Of a DNA stretch of 64,000 bases, positions 9,992-18,643 are shown in pieces. The stretch's first letter is position 1. Each line of letters begins with the position of its first letter. The position numbers and the translations under genes are program-made. A model generated the notes under the pieces. The model did no database searches and was not told the origin of the DNA. It worked only from the letters and a program-made list of their open reading frames with translations. This DNA is from Leptospira biflexa (GTDB lineage Bacteria > Spirochaetota > Leptospiria > Turneriellales > DYLW01), in contig DYLW01000002.1 in the NCBI GenBank assembly GCA_020721865.1, positions 62,591 to 126,590 of the forward strand. The letters are read 5' to 3'.

Positions 9992-11356
9992 CTATTTGAT
10001 GGACCCGGATGCCTCTTCCCCGCGTTCGGCAATTTCCCGCAGAATTTTCTGGTAAAATTCATTGGTGATGGGATAAAACAAAATCAACACCAGAGAAACC
10101 AGACCAAAAAGGGCCGGCACCAGAGCAAACAGGGCAGAGATGCCAGACAATGCTTCCGGACTCTGGGCAGCCTTGGGGACATATCCCACCAACGCAAGGG
10201 CCATCCCCATCAAACCACCGCCGGCGGCCATGGCCATTTTCTGGGAGAGACTGAACACGGAATATACCACACCGTCCGCCCGTATTCCCGTTTTCCACTG
10301 GTTATACTCCACGGTATCCGGCAGCATGGACCAGGTCATCACCCCCACTAACGCCCCAAAAAAATTAAAAAAAGTGGATAACACAAAGATGGCTGCAATC
10401 ATAGTCGGAGTGCAAAAAAACAGAATTGTCCCCGCTATAAATGTCCCGGCGTTAGCCGCAATAAACGTTGTTTTCTTCCCGTATTTCTGTGAAAGCCAGG
10501 GTGCAATCCCATAGGCCAGAACCGCCGGTATGGAGGTAACCATAAAAAAGACGGGTACCATATCCTTTTTTCCCAGATAATATTCAAAGTAATACATAAT
10601 GGATGCATTCCGTACCGTGAGAGCAGAAAGACCCGCAAAAGCGGAAATTCCCAGCAGAAGCAGGGGAGTATTTTGGGCAATCATAAGGAAAGAACGGAAA
10701 ACCGGGTAGCTCTTTTTTACCTCCACGACTCTCTCCCGAACACTGGCAAAGGTGTACCAGTTCACCGCCACAATGGCAATGGCATAAATGGCCATAACAG
10801 AAGGATATCCGGCTTTTTCCGATGGGAATAGATCCACCAGCGGCTTGGTGGCAATAATGACTGTCATCATCCCCAGCCCGGACATCAGCATCCGCACGGA
10901 TGTCAGTACCGTTCTTTCCTGGGTATCCCGGGTCATCACCGCTGTCAAGGAGGAATATGGAATATTGACCATGGTATAGATCATACCCAACAATGTGTAG
11001 CTTAAAGCGGCATAAGTGGTTTTCATGCCCACCGATGCGTCCGGGCTCCAGAAAGTGGCCACCAGAATGGCCGCCATGGGAATGGCCCCAAAGAGGAGAT
11101 ACGGCCGGAACTTTCCCCATCGGCTGCGGGTGCGGTCCGCGATAAATCCCATAATGGGGTCGTTGATGCCATCCCAGATGCGGGTCACCAGGAAAATAAT
11201 GCCCACGCTCGCCGCAGAGATACCGGCCACGTCTGTGTAAAAATAGGTGAGATATGTCAATATGGAATGGAACACCAGATTATGGGCAAAGTCCCCCACC
11301 CCAAAGCCGATGCGTTCTCTCCATCCCAGCCGAATACTGGAATTGATCTGTTCCAT
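9992..11356 (-). CDS. MFS transporter, glycoside-pentoside-hexuronide (GPH):cation symporter family
   Basis: GFGVGDFAHNLVF...YFYTDVAGISAASVGIIFLVTRIWDGINDPIMGFIADRTRSRWGKFRPYLL is the classic GPH N-terminal signature. Ends with TAG. Confidence 0.85.
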   Translation of the reverse strand: MEQINSSIRLGWRERIGFGVGDFAHNLVFHSILTYLTYFYTDVAGISAASVGIIFLVTRIWDGINDPIMGFIADRTRSRWGKFRPYLLFGAIPMAAILVATFWSPDASVGMKTTYAALSYTLLGMIYTMVNIPYSSLTAVMTRDTQERTVLTSVRMLMSGLGMMTVIIATKPLVDLFPSEKAGYPSVMAIYAIAIVAVNWYTFASVRERVVEVKKSYPVFRSFLMIAQNTPLLLLGISAFAGLSALTVRNASIMYYFEYYLGKKDMVPVFFMVTSIPAVLAYGIAPWLSQKYGKKTTFIAANAGTFIAGTILFFCTPTMIAAIFVLSTFFNFFGALVGVMTWSMLPDTVEYNQWKTGIRADGVVYSVFSLSQKMAMAAGGGLMGMALALVGYVPKAAQSPEALSGISALFALVPALFGLVSLVLILFYPITNEFYQKILREIAERGEEASGSIK

Positions 11357-11664
11357 TCGGCATGGATAAACTGGAAATATGTTATGTCAAGAAAAAAGTT
11401 ATTTTCCCCTGGTTTGGTCTGCTCCTTCCATTGGGCGTAGAAAAACAAAAACCCCATGATAATCACCAGAGAAGATATTACAATGATATGGATATAGTTC
11501 ACGAATTCCTTTGCGGGAGTCAGTAACAATAAAGCAATAATCCCGGCTATTCCCACAATAATGGAAACAACCCCACCCAAAATAAAACCATACCCTTTAA
11601 GGAAAGCAAATAAGGTCCCGCCCAAAGTAGCAAAAGCCGCGAGAATAGAAATAACCATTCCCAC
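11257..11664 (-). CDS. Small hydrophobic membrane protein (hypothetical)
   Basis: Three predicted TM helices in the first ~85 aa. The 3-prime 100 nt overlap the GPH transporter start out of frame, so the true end is uncertain. Confidence 0.35.
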   Translation of the reverse strand: MGMVISILAAFATLGGTLFAFLKGYGFILGGVVSIIVGIAGIIALLLLTPAKEFVNYIHIIVISSLVIIMGFLFFYAQWKEQTKPGENNFFLDITYFQFIHAEWNRSIPVFGWDGENASALGWGTLPIIWCSIPY

Positions 11665-11740
11665 ATAGATCGGCCACTTTTGCCCCCAGACTGAATTTTT
11701 GATTATCCTTTATGGCAATGGGTCGATACTATAACCGACT

Positions 11741-12457
11741 ATGCCAAAAATGAATAGAATCAAAACAGTACTTGTCATTATAACCATTGCCATGTCCACG
11801 GCACACTATCCACAGACAACGGATCCCAAGCCGACCCCGGATGATAAAAAAAAGCAGGAAGATCAGGAGAAGAAGAAGGAAAACACCGGGAAAGAGAGTG
11901 CAACCGGATTCCAGGGGATTCTGTGGTCCACAAAATATGCGGATGTTAAAGAGGAGTTCCGCACGCTTTCCTCCAATCCAGAAGTGAAAGATCCGGCGGA
12001 GATTATCCGGGATATCCCAGACAAGGAAATTTTAATTAAAAGAAACGGTATCTATTACCGGTATGTGTTCTATAAGAAAGTGGATCCATCCGGGAAGACG
12101 GTTTCCCCGGAAGAAAGCAGTGCCACTCCGGCGGAAAACCAGAAGGAAGAGGACATCCCTCGTTTCTTTTTCATGGAAAGCTATTTTCCTTTTGTACCCT
12201 CTGACCAGATTTACAATAAGCTTAAAGAGAAGTACGGGGAAAAAACCGGAGCCAGCATGAACAAGGATAATTCCGGAGCCTATTTCTGGGAAACCCCGGA
12301 TGGCTATATTGTCCAGTGGGTGGAACCCTACCGCAAGGCTCCGTTCACCCGCAGTATTTATTATATCTCCAGAAAGATCAAGGAAGAGATAGAGAAGGAT
12401 TATTCCCAATACAATAACTACCGGGAGTTGAAAGCGGTGGAGAAATTGCTGCCTTAA
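11741..12457 (+). CDS. Secreted hypothetical protein
   Basis: N-terminal signal-like segment (IKTVLVIITIAMSTA) followed by a Lys/Glu/Asp-rich low-complexity region. No family recognised. Confidence 0.5.
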   Translation: MPKMNRIKTVLVIITIAMSTAHYPQTTDPKPTPDDKKKQEDQEKKKENTGKESATGFQGILWSTKYADVKEEFRTLSSNPEVKDPAEIIRDIPDKEILIKRNGIYYRYVFYKKVDPSGKTVSPEESSATPAENQKEEDIPRFFFMESYFPFVPSDQIYNKLKEKYGEKTGASMNKDNSGAYFWETPDGYIVQWVEPYRKAPFTRSIYYISRKIKEEIEKDYSQYNNYRELKAVEKLLP

Positions 12458-14355
12458 CCGGAGAAAAATTCCGGGTATGTTTTCACGGGGATTCCCCACT
12501 CCCGTGCTTTTTTCATTTTGGATGAGGAAGACTGCGGGTCAGAAGTGACCACCACGGCGGTTTTTTTGGTCACGGATCCGGAGGGTTCAAACCCCATTTC
12601 TCTGGCTTTTTTCTCCAGCTCTTTCCGGGGCATGGGCCCTTCTCCGGTGAATACCACTCCGGGTTTTTCTGTGGTGGAAACATTCTGCGGAAATTCCATG
12701 ATGTCCACCAGCTCGGCGAAGAGTTCCGCATTGGCCGGAATGCTCTTCCATTCCATAATATTTTTCCCAATGACGTAGGAATCATCCTGAAAGGATAAAA
12801 AATCGGGCGGAGATAAAATTCCCAGCTTTTGCAGACTTTTCCTCTGGACACCCGGAATCCCCAGGCTGGCAATAAAATCCTGAAAATCCATTTTCCGGGA
12901 TTTCTGTATCTGGCGGATAAAATTATCCGCTTTCTTTTCCTGAAATCCTTCCAACGCCAGAAGGTCTTCCCGGGAGAGCCGGTACAAGTCCCGGATGGAG
13001 CGGACATTTTTACTGTCATAGAGCGAGCGTATGGTGGCTTCTGCAATATTATCCATCTGGGATTTTTGTACCCAAAATAATATTTTCTGGATAATTTTTT
13101 CCGGGCATTCCGGATTGGAGCAGAAGAGGTGGGTTTCCTTTTCCTCCAGCACAGATTCGCAGGATGGACACCGGGAGGGAATTAAATCCGGATCATAATT
13201 TTTTCCGGGATTATCCTCCGTATGGCTCAGGTTTTCCGCCACATAGGGAATGACGTCATTGGCTCTCTCAATTTTCAGACGGTCATTCATAGCCAATTTC
13301 AGTGCCTTCACATTGGCCAGATTATTCAGAGTAGCCCTGCGGATGGTGGCTCCACCAATGACCACCGGTGCAAAAACGGCCACCGGAATCACATTTCCCA
13401 GACGGGAAACCTGCCAGAGAATCTGCTGCAGGGTGGAAACCCGGGACGATGGAGGCGGTTTAATGGCCACGGCGTAATGGTTATGGTGATCCACCACCCA
13501 GCGGGAATTGATTTCCTCAAAAAGAGAATTGTCATCCACGGAAACGATGAGGCCATCCGTTTCAAATTCCCACTCTTCCCGGAGCGAATCCATGTACTTA
13601 TTGAAATATTGTTCCATCCCGGAAAAACTGTTTACGGTGGTATACGGGATAACGGGAAACCCTGTGTTTTTCAAAAATTCCAGTTTCCGGGATTCTGACG
13701 ACAAAACTCCCACAGGCTGGATCTGGTACGCGAGGAAACGCACCGCAGAAACTCCGGAGCGGTTATCCTTCCGGCCAATGAGTCCTGCCGCCATGTTCCG
13801 CAGGGAACGCAGGTTTGTGGTATCTTCATTTCCGGAAAAGGATTCCTCTTCCTGCTGGAAATTCCTGGGCAAAAATAGCTCCCCCCGGATCTCCACATCC
13901 CGAAACCCGGAGATCTCCCCGGTGGGAATTTCTGGCGGCAGAAAATCCAGATACTGCCGGATGTACGTAATATTTTTTCCCCTGTTGCCGTCCCCCCGTG
14001 TAGCAATATGGTGGAGTTTTCCTTCCCGGTACAGCAAGGAAGCGGAAATCCCGTCAATTTTTGGCTCCAGAATAAAGGACGTTCCGTCCGGAAGGGAAAG
14101 TCGCCGCATCCAGTCCTCCAACTGCACGGTGTTTTTCACTTTATTGGCGGAGAGCATGGGATAGATATGGCTGGTTTTTTCTTCTTCTGCGTCCGTTTCA
14201 GAACCGATGGCGGAAAAATACGGATGCCGGGGTTCTGCGGATTTCAGTTCACTTTCCAGACGGTCAAAATCTGCATCGGAGAGGGGGGAATTCCCATGGT
14301 TATAGTAAGCTTCCCGTGCGTTCCGGAGGATTTCTACAATTTCTTCTGGTTTCAT
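12454..14355 (-). CDS. ligA: NAD-dependent DNA ligase
   Basis: Adenylation motif EPKIDGIS, four-Cys zinc finger CPSCESVLEEKETHLFCSNPECPEK, and a C-terminal BRCT-like VVFTGEG...AVVVTSDP. Confidence 0.9.
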   Translation of the reverse strand: MKPEEIVEILRNAREAYYNHGNSPLSDADFDRLESELKSAEPRHPYFSAIGSETDAEEEKTSHIYPMLSANKVKNTVQLEDWMRRLSLPDGTSFILEPKIDGISASLLYREGKLHHIATRGDGNRGKNITYIRQYLDFLPPEIPTGEISGFRDVEIRGELFLPRNFQQEEESFSGNEDTTNLRSLRNMAAGLIGRKDNRSGVSAVRFLAYQIQPVGVLSSESRKLEFLKNTGFPVIPYTTVNSFSGMEQYFNKYMDSLREEWEFETDGLIVSVDDNSLFEEINSRWVVDHHNHYAVAIKPPPSSRVSTLQQILWQVSRLGNVIPVAVFAPVVIGGATIRRATLNNLANVKALKLAMNDRLKIERANDVIPYVAENLSHTEDNPGKNYDPDLIPSRCPSCESVLEEKETHLFCSNPECPEKIIQKILFWVQKSQMDNIAEATIRSLYDSKNVRSIRDLYRLSREDLLALEGFQEKKADNFIRQIQKSRKMDFQDFIASLGIPGVQRKSLQKLGILSPPDFLSFQDDSYVIGKNIMEWKSIPANAELFAELVDIMEFPQNVSTTEKPGVVFTGEGPMPRKELEKKAREMGFEPSGSVTKKTAVVVTSDPQSSSSKMKKAREWGIPVKTYPEFFSG

Positions 14356-14382
14356 CCTTAATAATGATATTCAGTATAACAG

Positions 14383-15357
14383 TTAAATTTCCAGGATGGT
14401 ACCTTCCCCATCAATCCGGGGGAAAAATCCGGTGGCATCCACTCCCATTTCTTTCATCTTCCGTGAGAGATCCAGCTTTTTTTCGTCCGTACCCATCGGC
14501 CAGAACCCCAGAAGTGTGGTGCCGGCTCCGGAGAGATAGGCTCCATACGCACCGTTATCCTTCCAGTACCGGAATGTTTCCTTCATGCCGGGGATATAAT
14601 CCGCACGCTGGTTTTGGTGGATGACATCGTCCATGGCAACCCGGAATAACTCCGTCTCAGAAGCATTCCATTCCGGTTTGGAAAGCAGATATCCCAAAGC
14701 TCCAGTGCGGGATGTGTGGAATGTCACATCCTCCATGGGAAGGGAGGCGGGAACCACTTCTCTGGCTTTGGATGTAAGCAGAGACCGATGCGGGATAATC
14801 CCCATGATTTTCACCGGTGCTTTCAGGGGTATCTGCATCCGGACATACCTACCATTTGTTTTCATGGAATTAATCCACCCGCCAAAGAGTGCCGGACCAA
14901 TGTTATCCGGATGCCCCTCATTAGCGGAGGCAAACTGGAATATGTCATCCATGGTGTATGCAAAACCATGTTTTTTCCGCATAATTTCATTGGCAATAAT
15001 CATCCCGGCCAGAATAGCGGTGGAGGACGATCCCAGACCCCGCTCCAGCGGAATCTCCACATGAACCTTCACAAATACTTTTTCCGGTGGAAAACCGGCT
15101 TTCTTAAAAAGGGAAAAATAGCTCTTGCAGATTAAATTATTATCATTATTTTCCAGATTGACGGCAGCATTTTTTGCGGTGGTCTGCCGAACAAGCTCTC
15201 CGGGGATAAACTCCAGATTACAGATTCTTTGCGTCTGCGGAATTTGGTCAGAAAATACAGCAGTAAAACGGTTCCGGAGCCCGAATGCAATTCCCCAGAC
15301 ATCAAATCCCGGACCAATGTTGGCCGAGGTTGCGGGGATGCTCACCGTAAATTCCAT
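14383..15357 (-). CDS. thrB: Homoserine kinase
   Basis: Canonical start MEFTVSIPATSANIGPGFD at the internal ATG 15357. GHMP motif PLERGLGSSSTAI. Confidence 0.85.
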   Translation of the reverse strand: MEFTVSIPATSANIGPGFDVWGIAFGLRNRFTAVFSDQIPQTQRICNLEFIPGELVRQTTAKNAAVNLENNDNNLICKSYFSLFKKAGFPPEKVFVKVHVEIPLERGLGSSSTAILAGMIIANEIMRKKHGFAYTMDDIFQFASANEGHPDNIGPALFGGWINSMKTNGRYVRMQIPLKAPVKIMGIIPHRSLLTSKAREVVPASLPMEDVTFHTSRTGALGYLLSKPEWNASETELFRVAMDDVIHQNQRADYIPGMKETFRYWKDNGAYGAYLSGAGTTLLGFWPMGTDEKKLDLSRKMKEMGVDATGFFPRIDGEGTILEI

Positions 15358-15506
15358 ACACCATATTTTAAAAATCCCACCAACCGCCAAATAGAATATG
15401 GGTTTTCTGCGGGATTTTTCATAGACCCGGGAAAAAAGGATTGCTATGGCCATGTAAACCGCCGATCTTGTATCTAATTCGATTTTTGTGCGAATAAAGA
15501 ATAGCT

Positions 15507-17852
15507 ATGAACAGAAAAAGAACTAAAACGGTGCGTTATACCAATTATTATCCGGTTATCTTTAAACCGGTGATTAGGATATTTGTCTTTCTGAGTAATA
15601 AGATTTCTTATACTTTTTCTGTTTCCATTATCTCTGCCATCGGTGGGTTTCTGATTGCTGGTTATATTGCCACCTTCATTGCATCCACTGTCCAATTCCA
15701 CCTGTCCGGCACTGCGGATGAATTTCTCAGGCTTTTCATTATTTTGGTATTCGTGGAATATGCCCCCGGTTATTTTCTCCACTTTGGGTTTCTGGAAAGA
15801 CTGGGCATCCCATCCTTTACCTCCTCTCTCCGTCTGATCAATAAATTTTACAACAATGGAAAAATTTCCGCAACCATATCAGAGACATACCTGAAGGACC
15901 TCTACCGTGCTGCGGAAATGCTTCCCCACTCCAATATGATTGCGGCTGGAATCTATCCCAGTGTAGTTATGGTGGCGGTGACCATCCAGGAGCTGATCAT
16001 TGGAACCAAACAAAATGCGTTTTTTATTTTTCTGGGCATTTTCTCCGCCATTCTGACTTATATTTTTTATACCTATGTAATTGCAGAGCTGCTGACCGGA
16101 GAACTGCGGCGGCGACTCAAACGTATGCTTGTGATGCGGCGGATCTCCTTTGGAGAAAAAAGCTATTTCAGTATCCGCAGAAAATTTATTTTTATCTCTT
16201 TTCTGGTTTTGAGCTCCATGATTGAGTTAGGTCTGATGTTTTTTTTCCAGGACGGGAAGACCGGTTTTAATATGCTTCCTTGGATTTTTATTGGAATGAC
16301 CGCCGTTGTTGTTGGTTCCCTCCTTTTCTTTTATCTGATCTCCATTGAAGAAGCTCTGCTGGAAATCGAAAGTGCCGCCATTGACCTGGGCAGAGGTGGA
16401 AAAGGAAAGCTCTATGGCAGAAGTCTGGATAAAGAGTTCATCCGCATGGGAAAGGGAATTGTCTCTGCCGCCTATGAAGTGAACCAGGTCCGGAATAATC
16501 TCCAGAAAAAAGTGGATGAACGCACAAAAGAACTCCAGAAAACGCTTTCCGAGGTCAGACAACTCAAGGAACAGCAGGACGGGGATTATTTTCTCATATC
16601 CCTTCTGACCGATGTGCTTAGAGAAGCTCATAATGTGGATACCTTGCAAAATGTGAAGGTGGACTATTACATAGAAGAAAAGAAAAAGTTTAAATTCCGC
16701 AAATGGGCAAAAGACATCGGCGGGGATATGATCATGGCACAGTCCATCACCCTCCGGGGACGACCATACCTGATGTTCCTGAATGCGGACGCCATGGGGA
16801 AATCCATACAGGGAGCCGGCGGGGTGCTGGTAATGGGTAGCGTGCTGAAATTTTTAATAGAAAAAACCATTGATCCAGATTCCGATAAAACCCGCCTTTA
16901 CCCGGAACGGTGGCTCAAAGAGGCCTATATTGAACTCCAGAAAATCTTTGAGGGTTTTAACGGCTCCATGACCATGTCCATGGTTCTGGGGCTGATGGAT
17001 ACATCCACAGGTCTGGTCTATTTTATCAACGCAGAACATCCCTGGGTGATTCTATACCGGGACGCCAAGGCATCCTTCATTGAAGAGGAGCTTATGTTCC
17101 ATAAAATTGGGATGGAAGGGGTGCGGATGTATCCATGGATTAAACTCTTCCAAATGATGCCGCAGGATTCATTGATCATCGGATCTGACGGAAGAGATGA
17201 CCTGCTGCTGGGGATGGATGAAGAGGGGAACCGCATCATCAATGAAGATGAAAAATTAATCTTGAAAAACATAGAAAAATCCTCCGCAGATATTTCCAGA
17301 CTCACCGCAACCATTAAGGAAACCGGTGAGCTCACGGATGACCTTTCTTTGATGCAGATCACATACCGTCCGGAAAACGCCGGGATCAGAGAAAGCATGG
17401 ATATGGCAGAAAGGGATTCTTTTGTTAAGGCAACAGAGGCCGTCAAAAAGAAAGATTTTGCCTCCGCTATTAAAATCCTGGAAAAACTGGCCGTGGAAAA
17501 CAAAACCATTCCAGAGGTTCTGGATCTGGCCATGCGAACATATTTCCGGGCAAAGGATTACGTGAAATCCTTCCACTACGCAGAAAAATTACTGAAAATA
17601 GATCCCGGAATTTCGGAGGCTCTGTATTACGCCTCCGTCTCCGCCAAGATGAACCGCAATTTCAAACGGGCAACAGATCACGGGGAAAGGTTGCGTCTGC
17701 GGGAACCTGCAAATCTGAAAAATACCATCAACCTGGCGGACACTTGGAGAATATCCGGAAACCATGACCGTGCCCGGCATCTGGCGGAAGAAGTCCTGAA
17801 AGCAGATCCGGAAAACCGGAACGCCCTGCTTTTGCTGAAGAAAATCCGCTAA
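15507..17852 (+). CDS. Membrane-bound PP2C/SpoIIE-family phosphatase with C-terminal TPR repeats
   Basis: Multiple N-terminal TM helices and a coiled coil. The PPM core reads IGGDMIMAQS...FLNADAMGKSIQGAGGVLVMGSVL...IIGSDGRDD, with a TPR-like tail. Confidence 0.8.
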   Translation: MNRKRTKTVRYTNYYPVIFKPVIRIFVFLSNKISYTFSVSIISAIGGFLIAGYIATFIASTVQFHLSGTADEFLRLFIILVFVEYAPGYFLHFGFLERLGIPSFTSSLRLINKFYNNGKISATISETYLKDLYRAAEMLPHSNMIAAGIYPSVVMVAVTIQELIIGTKQNAFFIFLGIFSAILTYIFYTYVIAELLTGELRRRLKRMLVMRRISFGEKSYFSIRRKFIFISFLVLSSMIELGLMFFFQDGKTGFNMLPWIFIGMTAVVVGSLLFFYLISIEEALLEIESAAIDLGRGGKGKLYGRSLDKEFIRMGKGIVSAAYEVNQVRNNLQKKVDERTKELQKTLSEVRQLKEQQDGDYFLISLLTDVLREAHNVDTLQNVKVDYYIEEKKKFKFRKWAKDIGGDMIMAQSITLRGRPYLMFLNADAMGKSIQGAGGVLVMGSVLKFLIEKTIDPDSDKTRLYPERWLKEAYIELQKIFEGFNGSMTMSMVLGLMDTSTGLVYFINAEHPWVILYRDAKASFIEEELMFHKIGMEGVRMYPWIKLFQMMPQDSLIIGSDGRDDLLLGMDEEGNRIINEDEKLILKNIEKSSADISRLTATIKETGELTDDLSLMQITYRPENAGIRESMDMAERDSFVKATEAVKKKDFASAIKILEKLAVENKTIPEVLDLAMRTYFRAKDYVKSFHYAEKLLKIDPGISEALYYASVSAKMNRNFKRATDHGERLRLREPANLKNTINLADTWRISGNHDRARHLAEEVLKADPENRNALLLLKKIR

Positions 17853-18023
17853 ATCGCTATTCTATAATTTATATCTCCATCTCGGATGGTGCGAAAAGAG
17901 GGCGTATTGAGATGTCATATTTCCGGCGGAGTTAGATTTCCCATGAGACCATTTTCATTTACATCGCATAAATAATTGGCAAAATAGTATAATTTTTATT
18001 ATTGACAATCTCATCGAATATGA

Positions 18024-18627
18024 CACACGTCCCACGTGAGACCCATAGCAAACGATGGTTCTTCTGCAAGTTCTCGTAAGGCATATTTCATTGGAGGAGG
18101 AATTGCCTCTCTGGCTGGGGCAGTCTTTTTAATTCGTGACGGTGGTTTTCGTGGTGAAAATATCGAAATTTTTGAACAAAATGAACGTTCGGAATGAGTA
18201 TATTTTCTGGGGATATGGATTGTTCCCGGACAAGGATGGAGATTTTATTAAAAAGAAAATGGGAGAATGTACAGGAGAGGAAATCCTCAAGGAAGTTTTG
18301 TATCATCTGCCAGTGGATAACAAAGAATATATTCTGGGAGTATCCCATTGCATTCCCACAGAAATGCCCTTTATTACAAGTCAGTTTAATATACGGGAAA
18401 AATATGACCGCCCGAAGGTAATTCCTGATGGTGCAGAGAATTTTGGCTTTTTGGGACAATATGTTGAAATAAAAGATGATGTTGTTTTTACTGTGGAATA
18501 TTCTGTCCGGTCTGCAATGATGGCGGTATATTCTCTTCTTGGAATAAATAAAAAGGTGCCACCGGTTTATCGTGGCTACCTGAACCCAATCATCGTCTGG
18601 AGAGCGATAAAAGCATTATTACGATAA
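18024..18627 (+). pseudogene. Oleate hydratase (MCRA family) relic with a large internal deletion, frame change and no start codon
   Basis: The frame at 18078 onward reads KAYFIGGGIASLAGAVFLIRDGGFRGENIEIFEQ (N-terminal FAD-binding motif) and stops at 18195-18197. A different frame (track ORF 18136..18627) reads IFWGYGLFPDKDGDFIKKKMGECTGEEILKEVLYHL...VVFTVEYSVRSAMMAVYSLLGINKKVPPVY, which is the family C-terminus. About 400 codons of the usual ~590 are missing. Confidence 0.75.
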
Positions 18628-18643
18628 AAATAATGGAGATAAT

